Origin: an uncultured Syntrophomonadaceae bacterium
GTDB taxonomy: Bacteria > Bacillota > Dethiobacteria > DTU022
Direction: 5' to 3'
Length of the DNA stretch: 64,000 bases
NCBI GenBank assembly: GCA_964420065.1
Contig: CAYQQK010000001.1
Span: forward strand, 38,087-102,086
In this document: positions 39,731 through 49,050 of the stretch, in pieces
Layout: the number at the start of each line of letters is the position of its first letter
Position numbering within the stretch: the first letter of the stretch is position 1
Notes under the pieces: model-generated
Databases searched by the model: none
The model's input: the letters and a program-made list of their open reading frames with translations, nothing else
Told to the model about the DNA's origin: nothing
Position numbers and translations under genes: made by a program

Positions 39731-40735
39731 ATGAACAACCCTTTATTTCCAGTTGGCCAGGCGGGCCTGCGCGATGCTCTGGCTCGTTGCGTTGACGGTG
39801 GGACTGCCAGCCATGCCACTCTCTTTACCGGACCCGCAGGAAGCGGTAAACGGACCTGGGCTCGCTTTTTGGCCCGGGCGCTGCTCTGCTCCCATCCGGT
39901 GCGGGGGGAACCGTGTGAAAGCTGTCTTTCTTGCCGCCGTTTCCGGTCGGGCAATCATCCTCTGTTCTGGGAGCTGGAACCGGAGGGTCGTTTTTTGAAG
40001 GTGGAACAGATCCGGGAAAGCCGCGGGCGTTTTTATCTCTCCGGAGCGGGAAACGGGATCCGGATCTGCCTTCTAACCGGAGTGGAGCTGCTGACCGCCG
40101 AAGCCGGCAATTCGCTTTTAAAGGTACTTGAGGAACCGCCGGGAGGCCTTTGTTTTCTTCTCACCTCGCCCCAGCCGGGCCGGGTGTTGCCTACCATTGT
40201 TTCCCGTTGTCGTCGTTACCATGTTGCTCCGCTGGCGGGACATGAAATTGAACAGGTGTTGCGCGAGGCCGGCGCCGTCCCGGAAGCGGTTGGATTGAAC
40301 CTGGTCGTTTCCCTAAGCGGCGGTCTTCCGGGAAAAGCTCTGGCCCTGGCTGTGGATCCCGATTTACCGGAATGCCTCCAGGCGGCCGCCGGGCTGGCGG
40401 TCATGTGCGGCGGGGCGATGACGGATGACGGTGCGGACCTGTTGCAGGTCGCGGCGACACTGGCTGACCGGCCGGATATGCCTTATATTCTTGAATTGCT
40501 TTGCCTTTCTTTCCGGGACCGGCTGGTGTGGTCGCTCACCTCCGATCCAAATTTATTGATTAATACCGGGCGCTGGGAGGGGCTACCCGTTTTACCGGAC
40601 GGCTGTCTCCAGGAGAGCCTTGAGATTGTAAAAGAAACCATTCAGGTTTTGAACACAACCAGCGCCAACCGCAGGTTGGCGCTGGAAAGTTTACTGATCG
40701 TGCTCAGGAGGAGGGCTGAACGATGCCGAAAATAG
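39731..40735 (+). CDS. holB: DNA polymerase III delta' subunit
   Basis: FTGPAGSGK (degenerate P-loop), a zinc module CESCLSCRRF and the SRCR motif. The start MNNPLFPV is right after the tmk stop. The listed ORF start at 39419 lies inside tmk. Confidence 0.85.
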   Translation: MNNPLFPVGQAGLRDALARCVDGGTASHATLFTGPAGSGKRTWARFLARALLCSHPVRGEPCESCLSCRRFRSGNHPLFWELEPEGRFLKVEQIRESRGRFYLSGAGNGIRICLLTGVELLTAEAGNSLLKVLEEPPGGLCFLLTSPQPGRVLPTIVSRCRRYHVAPLAGHEIEQVLREAGAVPEAVGLNLVVSLSGGLPGKALALAVDPDLPECLQAAAGLAVMCGGAMTDDGADLLQVAATLADRPDMPYILELLCLSFRDRLVWSLTSDPNLLINTGRWEGLPVLPDGCLQESLEIVKETIQVLNTTSANRRLALESLLIVLRRRAERCRK

Positions 40736-41532
40736 TAGGGGTGCGTTTCCGGAAAGCCGGTAAAATATATTATTTCGACCCCTGTTCCAGGTGGTACGAT
40801 GCGGACCAGAAAGTCATTGTTGAAACCGCACGCGGCCTCGAGATCGGCGAGGTAGCGATTATCGCAAAAAATGTTCCCGAAACGGAACTGGTTCTGCCCT
40901 TGAAAAAAGTGCTTCGCCCCGCCGGTGAGGCGGATCTGCTTCAACACGAGGAAAACCTTTCGCGGGAGGCGGAAGCACTGGAAAAATGCCAGACTTTGAT
41001 CCTCCGGCACGGGTTGGAGATGAAACTGGTTGGCGTCGAGTACACCTTTGATCGCGGTAAAATAATTTTTTATTTTACCGCCGACGGTCGGGTTGATTTT
41101 CGTGAACTGGTGAAGGATCTGGCTACTGTTTTCCGGACCCGCATTGAACTGCGCCAGATCGGGGTGCGAGACGAGGCCAAGATCAGGGGGGGAATCGGTT
41201 CTTGCGGGCGCAGTTTTTGTTGTGCTTCTTTCCTTGATGAATTTGCGCCGGTGTCGATTCGCATGGCCAAGGGGCAGAACCTATCGTTGAACCCAAATAA
41301 AATTTCCGGGGTATGCGGACGCCTCATGTGCTGCCTACGTTTTGAGATGGATACCTATGCCGAAGCACGAACGGTTTTGCCGACCAAGGGAGATCCGGTG
41401 ATTACCCCCGATGGAGAAGGAAGGGTGGAAGAAGCCTCGGCCAGGAAAAAAACCGTTCGGGTGAAGCTATGCGAGGGCGGTAAGATTCGACAATTTCCGC
41501 TGGAAGAAGTGGAGCAGATTGGAAAAGGTTGA
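40723..41532 (+). CDS. ricT: PSP1-domain protein RicT/YaaT (stage 0 sporulation / RNase Y regulator)
   Basis: MPKIVGVRFRKAGKIYYFDP... plus the C-terminal Cys cluster (CGRSFCCASF...CGRLMCC) typical of YaaT. Confidence 0.85.
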   Translation: MPKIVGVRFRKAGKIYYFDPCSRWYDADQKVIVETARGLEIGEVAIIAKNVPETELVLPLKKVLRPAGEADLLQHEENLSREAEALEKCQTLILRHGLEMKLVGVEYTFDRGKIIFYFTADGRVDFRELVKDLATVFRTRIELRQIGVRDEAKIRGGIGSCGRSFCCASFLDEFAPVSIRMAKGQNLSLNPNKISGVCGRLMCCLRFEMDTYAEARTVLPTKGDPVITPDGEGRVEEASARKKTVRVKLCEGGKIRQFPLEEVEQIGKG

Positions 41533-41576
41533 CGGGTAAACCATCCCCGGTGTTTCAGTGATGGCGTTTTCACTTA

Positions 41577-41611
41577 CTTGCTTGGCTGCCGGAATACCGG
41601 TTCCCGGCAGC
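41577..41611. terminator. bidirectional hairpin between ricT and abrB
   Basis: CTTGGCTGCCGGaataccggttcCCGGCAGCCAAG. Confidence 0.45.
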
Positions 41612-41635
41612 CAAGATTGTATACTGCCGTCGGTA

Positions 41636-41878
41636 TCAGTTTTCAATCAATTTGCTGATGCACTCCTGGCAGATGATCCGTCCGCCAAAATGTTTGACAT
41701 GATCTGCGTTACCACAAAAAATGCAGGCCGGCTCATATTTCTTGAGGATGATCTTTTCTCCGTCCACGTATATTTCCAACGCGTCTTTGACCTCGATGCC
41801 CAGAGTCCGACGTAATTCGATCGGGATGACTACTCTGCCCAGTTCGTCCACTTTGCGTACAATACCCGTCGATTTCAA
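41636..41878 (-). CDS. abrB: AbrB-family transition-state regulator homolog with a C-terminal ClpX-type C4 zinc ribbon
   Basis: Residues 1-50 are nearly identical to the AbrB swapped-hairpin domain (MKSTGIVRKVDELGRVVIPIELRRTLGI). The C-terminus CIFCGNADHVKHFGGRIICQECI matches the ClpX zinc-binding domain pattern CxxC-x18-CxxC. TTG start, 6 nt after GGAGGAG. Confidence 0.85.
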   Translation of the reverse strand: MKSTGIVRKVDELGRVVIPIELRRTLGIEVKDALEIYVDGEKIILKKYEPACIFCGNADHVKHFGGRIICQECISKLIEN

Positions 41879-41892
41879 TGTTTCTCCTCCTT

Positions 41893-41943
41893 ATGTACAT
41901 GTTTCGACAAATACCGCATCCCTATCATACCAAGTATTGACAT
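41893..41943 (-). promoter_or_regulatory. abrB promoter region: sigma-A promoter (TTGACT-N18-TATGAT, minus strand), a Spo0A box (TGTCGAA) between promoter and RBS, and a TTGAC-N7-GTCAA palindrome over the -35
   Basis: Reading the minus strand: TTGACTttgcatgtcaatacttggTATGATagggatgcggtattTGTCGAAacatgtacataAGGAGGAG. Confidence 0.55.
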
Positions 41944-42013
41944 GCAAAGTCAATATATAACTGTTCAAAATAGGAAATGCTGCAACATCCTGTGTTTACA
42001 TATTTTGGATACC

Positions 42014-42041
42014 TTGACAGGGGAACGTTGTTTGGTATAAT
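42014..42041 (+). promoter_or_regulatory. sigma-A promoter (TTGACA-N16-TATAAT) for metG
   Basis: ttgacaggggaacgttgtttggtataat. Confidence 0.5.
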
Positions 42042-42073
42042 GACGACATTGCAACAAGGAGGCGCAGGAAAAG

Positions 42074-44032
42074 GTGACCGGTTCCGGCAAATATTATATC
42101 ACGACTCCCATTTATTATCCCAGTGATAAGCTGCATATCGGTAACGCCTATACTACTGTAACCGCCGATGCGATCGCTCGTTTCTACCGGCTGATCGGAT
42201 ACGATGTTCACTTTCTGACCGGGACCGATGAACACGGACTGAAAATCCAGCGCCAGGCGGAAGCGTCAGGTAAAAAGCCCCAGGTATTTGTTGATGAGAT
42301 CGTGGCCTGGATCAAGGAACTTTGGTGCAATCTGGATATCAGTTATGATGATTTTATTCGTACGACCGAATCACGACACCGGGAAAAGGTTCGGGCCATA
42401 TTTCAGCGTTTCTACGAACAGGGCGATATCTACAAGGGGCATTACAAAGGTTGGTACTGCATTCCCTGCGAGGCTTACTGGACGGAACGCCAGCTTGAAA
42501 ACCACAGTTGCCCGGATTGTGGGCGCGAAGTGGAACGGGTTGCGGAGGAATGCTACTTTTTTCGCATGTCGAGGTATGCCGCACGTCTTTGGGAACATAT
42601 CGAGGCCCACCCGGAATTTATTTTGCCGGTGTCCCGGAAGAACGAAATGGTCAATAATTTTCTCAAACCCGGGCTGGATGATCTTTCCATCTCTCGTACA
42701 TCTTTCACCTGGGGTGTTACTATCCCCTTTGATCCCGATCATGTCATTTACGTTTGGCTGGACGCCCTGAGCAATTATATTACCGCCCTGGATTATGGCG
42801 AACCGCAGTCGCCATTGATGCGTTACTGGCCGGCGGAAGTACATTTGATCGGGAAAGATATCTTGCGTTTTCATACCATCTACTGGCCCATTTTTCTGAT
42901 GGCCCTTGGGCTGCCGTTGCCCCGTACCATTTTTGGTCACGGCTGGGTCTTGCTCAAGGAAGGGAAAATGTCCAAATCCAAGGGGAATGTGGTTGATCCG
43001 CAGGCTTTGATTGAACGCTTCGGTTCCGATGCCTTGCGCTATTTTTTATTACGGGAGATTCCTCTTGGATCCGACGGCGTGTTCAGTATCGAAGCCCTGG
43101 TCCAACGGATCAATGCAGACCTGGCCAATGATCTGGGCAATCTGGTCAGCCGGACCTTGACTATGGCCGGACGTTATCTGAGTGGAGTCTTGCCGGAACC
43201 CGGGGAACCGGGGCCGGGTGACGACGCCCTGATTGCACTGGCGCAGGAAACACCACGGCGGATGGAAGATGCCATGGCCGGCTTGCAGGTGCACGAGGCC
43301 TTGACCGGGTTATGGAAGTTAGTCCGGCGCAGCAACAAATATATCGACGAGAACACACCCTGGGATCTGGCCAAAGATCCGTCCCGGGCCGGGCGCCTGG
43401 GAACCGTGATCTACAATCTGGTGGAAAGCATTCGTTTCATTGCGGTTATGCTTGCGCCCTTTATCCCCCGCACCCCCGATCGGATCTACGCACAGATCGG
43501 CCTTTCCAACCGGCCCGAAATGCATTCCTGGGAAAGTCTGCGGCGTTGGGGGGCGATCAAACCCGGAACTATGGTGGAGCGGGGGGAAGATCTTTTTCCA
43601 CGGCGTAACCCGGCGATCGAGTTACGGTGGAACCGGGGGACGGTAGCGGTCGGGACTACGCTCGCCGCTGCTCCGGTTGGGTCGAAAGAAGAAGAGCGGA
43701 CGGGCTTGATCACCCTGAACCAGTTTCAGCAGGTTGACTTGCGGGTCGGGCGCATCACCGGCGCCGTGGTTGTTGCCGGGACAAAAAAACTACTGCGGGT
43801 TGAAATAGAACTGGGGGCCGGAGAACGGCGGACAGTCGTCGCCGGTATTGCCGAGCACTATGCTCCGCAAGAGCTGACCGGTCGGCAGGTCCTTTTTGTG
43901 GCCAACCTCAAACCGGTTCAATTGAAGGGCATCCTTTCCGAGGGGATGCTCCTGGCCGCCTCCGACGAAGGGGGCCGTTTTGCCCTTGCTACTGTGGACC
44001 GGGAGATCGATACGGGCAGCAAGGTCAGCTAG
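42074..44032 (+). CDS. metG: methionine--tRNA ligase (with C-terminal tRNA-binding EMAP/Trbp111 domain)
   Basis: HIGNAY (HIGH), KMSKS, Zn knuckle (CPDCG, CIPCE), C-terminal OB-fold; 652 aa. GTG start 11 nt after AAGGAGG. Confidence 0.95.
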   Translation: MTGSGKYYITTPIYYPSDKLHIGNAYTTVTADAIARFYRLIGYDVHFLTGTDEHGLKIQRQAEASGKKPQVFVDEIVAWIKELWCNLDISYDDFIRTTESRHREKVRAIFQRFYEQGDIYKGHYKGWYCIPCEAYWTERQLENHSCPDCGREVERVAEECYFFRMSRYAARLWEHIEAHPEFILPVSRKNEMVNNFLKPGLDDLSISRTSFTWGVTIPFDPDHVIYVWLDALSNYITALDYGEPQSPLMRYWPAEVHLIGKDILRFHTIYWPIFLMALGLPLPRTIFGHGWVLLKEGKMSKSKGNVVDPQALIERFGSDALRYFLLREIPLGSDGVFSIEALVQRINADLANDLGNLVSRTLTMAGRYLSGVLPEPGEPGPGDDALIALAQETPRRMEDAMAGLQVHEALTGLWKLVRRSNKYIDENTPWDLAKDPSRAGRLGTVIYNLVESIRFIAVMLAPFIPRTPDRIYAQIGLSNRPEMHSWESLRRWGAIKPGTMVERGEDLFPRRNPAIELRWNRGTVAVGTTLAAAPVGSKEEERTGLITLNQFQQVDLRVGRITGAVVVAGTKKLLRVEIELGAGERRTVVAGIAEHYAPQELTGRQVLFVANLKPVQLKGILSEGMLLAASDEGGRFALATVDREIDTGSKVS

Positions 44033-44033
44033 G

Positions 44034-44888
44034 ATGGCCCTGCTAGCCGATACCCACGCTCATCTTGATTTGAAACAGTTCAATCCGGATCGAGAAGAAG
44101 TGATCCGGCGCGCCCGGCAGGCCGGGATCGGTTTGATCATCAATGCCGCTATCAATGAAGATAGTTCACGCGACGCCATCGAGCTGGCTGAACGGTACCC
44201 GGAAGTGTACGCCGCAGTTGGAGTACACCCGCATGATACGGCCAAAGCTTCTGCAGCGACGATCGAAAAACTGGCCGTCTGGGCCGGGCATCCCCGGGTT
44301 GTGGCGGTAGGGGAGACCGGTTTCGATTTTTATCGCCGTCTGTCTCCGCCGGAGGTGCAGGAGTGGTTTTTCAGGGAACAGCTGCGTCTTGCGGTCACTG
44401 CCGGTAAACCGGTTATTATTCATACCCGTGAGGCTTATACCGACACCCTGCGGGTGTTGCAAGAGGAAACCCTGCCGGAGCGCCCCGGGGTGATGCATTG
44501 TTTTTCCGGGAATGCGTCTCAGGCCGCCGCTTTCCTTGAACTGGGATTCTACATATCTTTGGCCGGCCCGGTAACCTACCCCGCGGCTCGCGAGCTGCGC
44601 TCGCTGTTAAAAGTGATCCCGCCGGAGAAGCTGCTTTTGGAAACGGATGCCCCCTTCCTCCCCCCTCAACCCCATCGTGGGCGGCGTAACGAACCGTCTT
44701 TTATTACCGCAACCTACCGGCGTGTTGCCGTGGACCTGGATCTTGATCCCGGTAAGGTGGCGGAACAGGTCTGGGAAAACGCCCATCGTCTTTTTTCCCC
44801 CGAACCGGTGTCCTGCCCTCGACAGGGCCAGCCCGGTGAGACGGCCAACCCTGCCCCGGGTGCTAGCCCAGGAGCCCCTGCAACTTGA
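44034..44888 (+). CDS. tatD: TatD-family metal-dependent deoxyribonuclease
   Basis: LADTHAHLD, AVGETGFD, IIHTREA, ETDAPFL motifs. The ATG follows the metG stop. A ~30 aa Pro/Ala-rich C-terminal tail overlaps the convergent gene. Confidence 0.88.
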   Translation: MALLADTHAHLDLKQFNPDREEVIRRARQAGIGLIINAAINEDSSRDAIELAERYPEVYAAVGVHPHDTAKASAATIEKLAVWAGHPRVVAVGETGFDFYRRLSPPEVQEWFFREQLRLAVTAGKPVIIHTREAYTDTLRVLQEETLPERPGVMHCFSGNASQAAAFLELGFYISLAGPVTYPAARELRSLLKVIPPEKLLLETDAPFLPPQPHRGRRNEPSFITATYRRVAVDLDLDPGKVAEQVWENAHRLFSPEPVSCPRQGQPGETANPAPGASPGAPAT

Positions 44889-45189
44889 TGGCCAGGGAAA
44901 TGTCACCCTTGATTTTCAGTTTGCCGGTCATAAATGCAGCGGTTGCGCTTAATTTACCGTCAAGCATAGCTTTTAAATCGGCTGTAGCCGTGGTTACGGT
45001 TATATTGGGGGTATCATGGGTTGCTTCCACTACCTCCGATTTTCCATCCTCTACCTTGACATGAAACACACCATTATCATCACCGGTTAGCTCAAACTGA
45101 AAAACCGCGTTGACTTCCTTGATTTTGTCGGGGTCCACCGTCTTGAGCTTGTTTTTCAGATCCGTTACGGTCTCTGCAAAAGAAATCAT
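44863..45189 (-). CDS. SCP2 sterol-carrier-like domain protein
   Basis: MISFAETVTDLKNKL...AFMTGKLKIKGDISLAIKLQ is SCP2-like. The start is taken at MISF, 5 nt after AAGGAGG. The listed ORF extends to 45315. Confidence 0.7.
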   Translation of the reverse strand: MISFAETVTDLKNKLKTVDPDKIKEVNAVFQFELTGDDNGVFHVKVEDGKSEVVEATHDTPNITVTTATADLKAMLDGKLSATAAFMTGKLKIKGDISLAIKLQGLLG

Positions 45190-45288
45190 GGCCGCCTCCT
45201 TGTTATTCATGTTTGATGTCCCAGCGTTTAGCAAGATTATAAAGGACAGGAACGCCTTTGTCATTTTTATAATGCCCCGAAGCGTTTC

Positions 45289-45331
45289 CCGGCTCATTCG
45301 GCTCATTCGTCCCATGAGCCGAATGAGCCGG
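45289..45331. repeat. perfect 18-bp inverted repeat with internal tandem 9-mer (CGGCTCATT x2), 7-nt loop
   Basis: CCGGCTCATTCGGCTCAT-tcgtccc-ATGAGCCGAATGAGCCGG, in the divergent intergenic region just downstream of a TATAAT (45268..45273). Confidence 0.6.
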
Positions 45332-45406
45332 TGGAATGCGCCGCTGCCATTTGACCGGGAACCCGGTGCAGGCTACAATGACAATGAAACGAGAGGTTGT
45401 GCGACC

Positions 45407-46330
45407 GTGGATCATCCCTTTAACCCAACCTCCCCCCGGGAGGTTGTTTCATTGTGCCGCCGTTATGGCCTGCAGCCGCGTCGTTCTTTGGGGCAGCACT
45501 TTCTGGTTGACGGCAACGTCGCGGCACACATCATCGCCGACGCCGCACCCGAGGAGAGTGACGCGATCGTAGAGATCGGGCCGGGGCTGGGTGCGCTGAC
45601 GTTAAATTTGGCTGCACGGGGAAACAATCGGGTTACGGCGGTTGAGATCGATCCGAATCTCTTGCACTTGCTCCGGGGGCTGTGCCGGTCGTACACGGGG
45701 GTAACCCTGGTTCATGCCGATGCTCTGGCCTTGGATTGGTCCGCTTTTTTAAAAAAACATTGTGATGGGGCAAAACGGGTTGTGCTCCTGTCCAACCTGC
45801 CCTACAATATCTCTTCACCGTTGTTGTACCGGTTGTTTGCCCTACGTTTTCCCTTCACGGCGGCGGTATTGATGCTGCAGCAAGAGGTGGCCCGGCGGCT
45901 GGCCGCCGGGCCCGGTTCCCCGGATTATAGCGGCCTTTCCGTCCTTTGCCATTACTGCACCGTCCCGGAACTACGCCGTAAAGTTTCCCGTAATGTTTTC
46001 TGGCCACGACCGGCCGTGGACTCGGCCGTGCTTCGCCTCAAGCCGCGCCCGGCGCAACTGTCCCCGGAGGAAGAGCCCTTGTTATGGGCTGTCGTTCGTA
46101 CAGTTTTTCGACAACGTCGAAAAATGCTGGTGAACAGCCTGGCCACCCTTTTATCCGGGGGGCGTGCCCGGGCCAAGACAGTACTGGCCGGAGCCGGATT
46201 GGAACCGGGGCTCCGCCCGGAATCGTTATCCGTGGGTGAATTTGCAAACCTTTGCCGGGTGATTTATAATACGGGGGACTACAATATTAATTGTCGAATT
46301 GAGAAGAAGGAGCGGCCATGGATTTTATAA
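45407..46330 (+). CDS. rsmA: 16S rRNA (adenine1518/1519-N6)-dimethyltransferase
   Basis: SLGQHFLVD, VEIGPGLGALT (SAM-binding), NLPYNISSP motifs. GTG start giving a ~27 aa lead-in before GQHFL. Confidence 0.9.
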   Translation: MDHPFNPTSPREVVSLCRRYGLQPRRSLGQHFLVDGNVAAHIIADAAPEESDAIVEIGPGLGALTLNLAARGNNRVTAVEIDPNLLHLLRGLCRSYTGVTLVHADALALDWSAFLKKHCDGAKRVVLLSNLPYNISSPLLYRLFALRFPFTAAVLMLQQEVARRLAAGPGSPDYSGLSVLCHYCTVPELRRKVSRNVFWPRPAVDSAVLRLKPRPAQLSPEEEPLLWAVVRTVFRQRRKMLVNSLATLLSGGRARAKTVLAGAGLEPGLRPESLSVGEFANLCRVIYNTGDYNINCRIEKKERPWIL

Positions 46331-46794
46331 GCCCCACCCGGGGCAAGCTTACTTTCACGGAGGCCTTTGATGAAATTATTCATTTCGTCAATGAACAGCC
46401 CGAGGGGAATTATAAGCTGATCATCGGCACCGACTCCCATACTTTCCTTGACAACGGTGTTGTTTTTGTTACCGCTATTATTATCCACCGTGTCGGCAAG
46501 GGAGGGCGTTATTTCTTTCACAAACAGAAACTTCATTACGTGGGCAGCCTGCGTCAGCGCATCTATTACGAAACTTTTCTGAGTCTTGAAGTGGCAACAC
46601 GGCTTACGGAAAAATTGGTCAAAAATGGCCACGACGATCTAAATGTTGAAATCCATCTCGATATTGGGGAAAAAGGGGAAACCCGGACCATGATCAAGGA
46701 AGTGGTCGGGATGGTTATCGGAAGCGGCTACCATGCCCGGATCAAGCCCGATTCGTACGGTGCAAGCAAGGTCGCCGATAAACACACCCGTTAA
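46318..46794 (+). CDS. conserved hypothetical protein (possibly DUF458 / YkuK-like RNase H-fold family)
   Basis: 158 aa, compact, protein-like (LIIGTDSHTF...VFVTAIIIHRVGKGGRYFF). The family assignment is tentative. Confidence 0.45.
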   Translation: MDFISPTRGKLTFTEAFDEIIHFVNEQPEGNYKLIIGTDSHTFLDNGVVFVTAIIIHRVGKGGRYFFHKQKLHYVGSLRQRIYYETFLSLEVATRLTEKLVKNGHDDLNVEIHLDIGEKGETRTMIKEVVGMVIGSGYHARIKPDSYGASKVADKHTR

Positions 46795-46933
46795 ACAGAA
46801 AAATTGGATCACCCCTCCCGGGCTCCAAGAGGCTCGCTCCGGATACAACCATTTTTAGGCTGTTCTCTTTTGTTGACATTTATCCGATATTATGTTAAAG
46901 TGAATAAGTTAAAGAATGGTAGGAGTGGTTTAA

Positions 46934-47203
46934 TTGATGGCAGCGAAAGACGTGTTGCGCCGAATTCGCAAACAACTTGAACCACACGTAGGCGAAAAAA
47001 TAAGGTTAAAAGCGAATCGCGGGCGACGCAAGACCTACGAAAAGGAAGGAGTTTTGGAGAGCACCTATCCCTCTATTTTTGTGGTCCGGGTTGATGAAAA
47101 CAGCTATTTCCAACGCCTCTCTTTCAGTTATGCCGATGTGCTTACTGAAACAGTGGAGTTGAGTTTTGCCGGTAAAAAACAGCCTCGTTCCGTCGGGTTG
47201 TAA
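46934..47203 (+). CDS. veg: Veg protein (biofilm/sporulation-associated small DNA-binding-like protein)
   Basis: 89 aa with RIRKQLEPHVGEKIRLKANRGRRKTYEKEGVL...FVVRV, very similar to B. subtilis Veg, in the conserved position after rsmA. Confidence 0.85.
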   Translation: MMAAKDVLRRIRKQLEPHVGEKIRLKANRGRRKTYEKEGVLESTYPSIFVVRVDENSYFQRLSFSYADVLTETVELSFAGKKQPRSVGL

Positions 47204-47240
47204 AACAGGCGGCAAGGTTGGTCGTTGGCAGTCCATGCGG

Positions 47241-47272
47241 ATGGAAGGTTTAAATTACCTTCCATTTTTTTG
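47241..47272 (+). terminator. rho-independent terminator after veg
   Basis: ATGGAAGGTttaaattACCTTCCAT followed by TTTTTTT. Confidence 0.6.
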
Positions 47273-47370
47273 CGGGGAAAAGATCGCTCGGATCACCAGA
47301 AATAAACGGGTTTATCTTGCCCGCTCCTGATCCAAACTAAGAAGCCACCATAATCTTATGGCAACAGGAG

Positions 47371-47559
47371 TTGATGCCGATGCCGCGAAAGCGGCGACCG
47401 ATCATGTCCGAGGAATTGAAGTATGAAATTGCCGCAGACCTGGGGGTGCAGGACCTGGTCCGGCGCGAAGGATGGGGCAGCGTTTCCTCCCGTGATTGCG
47501 GTAATATCGTCAGGAAAGCGATTGAACGGGCTGAGCGGGCACTCCAAAGGAATTCATGA
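47371..47559 (+). CDS. sspF: alpha/beta-type small acid-soluble spore protein, SspF-like
   Basis: MSEELKYEIAADLGV...GWGSVSSRDCGNIVRKAIERAE parallels B. subtilis SspF (MSDEFKYELAKDLGF...[22 protein letters not shown]). Confidence 0.8.
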   Translation: MMPMPRKRRPIMSEELKYEIAADLGVQDLVRREGWGSVSSRDCGNIVRKAIERAERALQRNS

Positions 47560-47721
47560 GTAAACGGTGGCCGGGGCTGTCCCAAAAGGGCAGCCCCTGT
47601 TCTAGGGGCGCCCGGCATGGGCGGCCGCCCGATCAACGGACCCTTCCGGAAAGAGCGATGAGCCGCCCGTGATCCACGAAAGCGGCTAGCGCCGTTTTGA
47701 AAAAGGATCTTTCACCGGGGC

Positions 47722-48807
47722 GTGGAATACTTGGCCAAGAATAATTATTCCGAGGGAGCACAGGTTACAGTGAAAGATCGCCTGATCGAATTGAAAGACA
47801 TCGCTTCCACCGCATTCGATCCCGAGGGCCGGTTCCATTCGGCAACCCATTCTGAAATTCGCCGGGGTTGGACCAGTGATATTTATTTTGTCCGCACCAG
47901 AGAACTTTTACAAAAAATGGGGTTGGTGGATACTCCAGTCACGGCGGAGGTTTTTCCCTCCCGTCCAGGGGTTCTGGCCGGGATCGAGGAAGTGCTGACC
48001 TTGCTCCGGAACCTGGGCCTGGAGGTTTGGGCGCTTCCCGAAGGCGAACAGGTGGAAGCCCATGAGGTGGTGCTGCGTTTACGCGGGCCGTACGGGAAGT
48101 TTGGGATATACGAGACTCCCCTTTTGGGTATGCTGGCCAGCGCCAGCGGTTGGGCGACTGCCGCACGGGAGTGCCGCAAGGCAGCCGGTTCATGCCGCCT
48201 GTTCTGTTTTGGAGCCCGGCACCTGCATCCGGCGGTGGCGTCGGTCATGGAACGGGCTTCCTTGATCGGCGGGGCTGACGGTTGCAGTTGCATCCTTGGA
48301 GCGCTTTTGCAGAATACCACACCATCGGGTACGGTACCCCATGCTGCTTTTCTGATTGTCGGCGACACGGTGCAACTGGCCCGGGATTACCATCGCCTGA
48401 TGCCCCCCGAAGCGGCGCGGGTGATCCTGGTCGATACATTTAAAGACGAGGCGGAAGAGGCCTTGCGCGTGGCCGAAGCGCTGGGCGATCACCTGCAGGG
48501 GATCCGGTTGGACACTCCCGGAGAGCGCGGTGGGGTGACCCCCGGCCTGGTGCGGGAAGTGCGGGCCCGCCTCGATCAGGCCGGTTTTGAGCATGTCCAA
48601 ATCCTTGTTTCCGGCGGTTTGACCCCCGAACGCATTACCTTGCTGGCGGATGCCGGCGCGGTTGCTTTTGGAGTGGGCAGCTACATTGCCCGTGCCCCGG
48701 CGATTGATATGACCCTGGACCTGAAGGAGATCCGCAGCCGGGCCGTTGCCAAACGGGGCAGAATTCCGGGCATTACCGGAAACCCGCGGCTGATCAGACG
48801 GCTTTGA
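47722..48807 (+). CDS. nicotinate phosphoribosyltransferase-like type II PRTase (archaeal-type short NAPRTase family)
   Basis: 361 aa with the type II PRTase core (RLRGPYGKFGIYETPLLGMLASASGW), consistent with the NadC/PncB superfamily. The specific substrate is not determinable. Confidence 0.5.
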   Translation: MEYLAKNNYSEGAQVTVKDRLIELKDIASTAFDPEGRFHSATHSEIRRGWTSDIYFVRTRELLQKMGLVDTPVTAEVFPSRPGVLAGIEEVLTLLRNLGLEVWALPEGEQVEAHEVVLRLRGPYGKFGIYETPLLGMLASASGWATAARECRKAAGSCRLFCFGARHLHPAVASVMERASLIGGADGCSCILGALLQNTTPSGTVPHAAFLIVGDTVQLARDYHRLMPPEAARVILVDTFKDEAEEALRVAEALGDHLQGIRLDTPGERGGVTPGLVREVRARLDQAGFEHVQILVSGGLTPERITLLADAGAVAFGVGSYIARAPAIDMTLDLKEIRSRAVAKRGRIPGITGNPRLIRRL

Positions 48808-49050
48808 AGGCGAACCGGGATCAAGAACAAGTTAATTTCATGATTGGAGCCGGTTAACATGTGTCGCGAAAGCGGTGTTTTATCCCGCGGCCAAAGCCGG
48901 AAAGATTATTTTGCAGTTGATGTTTTCGTTTATTGCGGGGTAAAAACCGCGTGGGAACCAAGGATTTGATGATCCAACCAAGATCAAGGGCCGGCTTGCA
49001 GGGGTTGGAAACCGGAAACAGGGGCAAGGGAGGTACAGGGAAGGGCGGAA

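Noticed and set aside
47560-47721. Candidate NAD-related riboswitch or regulator site upstream of the NAPRTase-like gene
   Set aside because: Only GC-rich hairpins (GGGGCTGTCCCaaaaGGGCAGCCCC, a terminator for sspF) and short palindromes are present. I could not recall or verify any known NAD riboswitch consensus.
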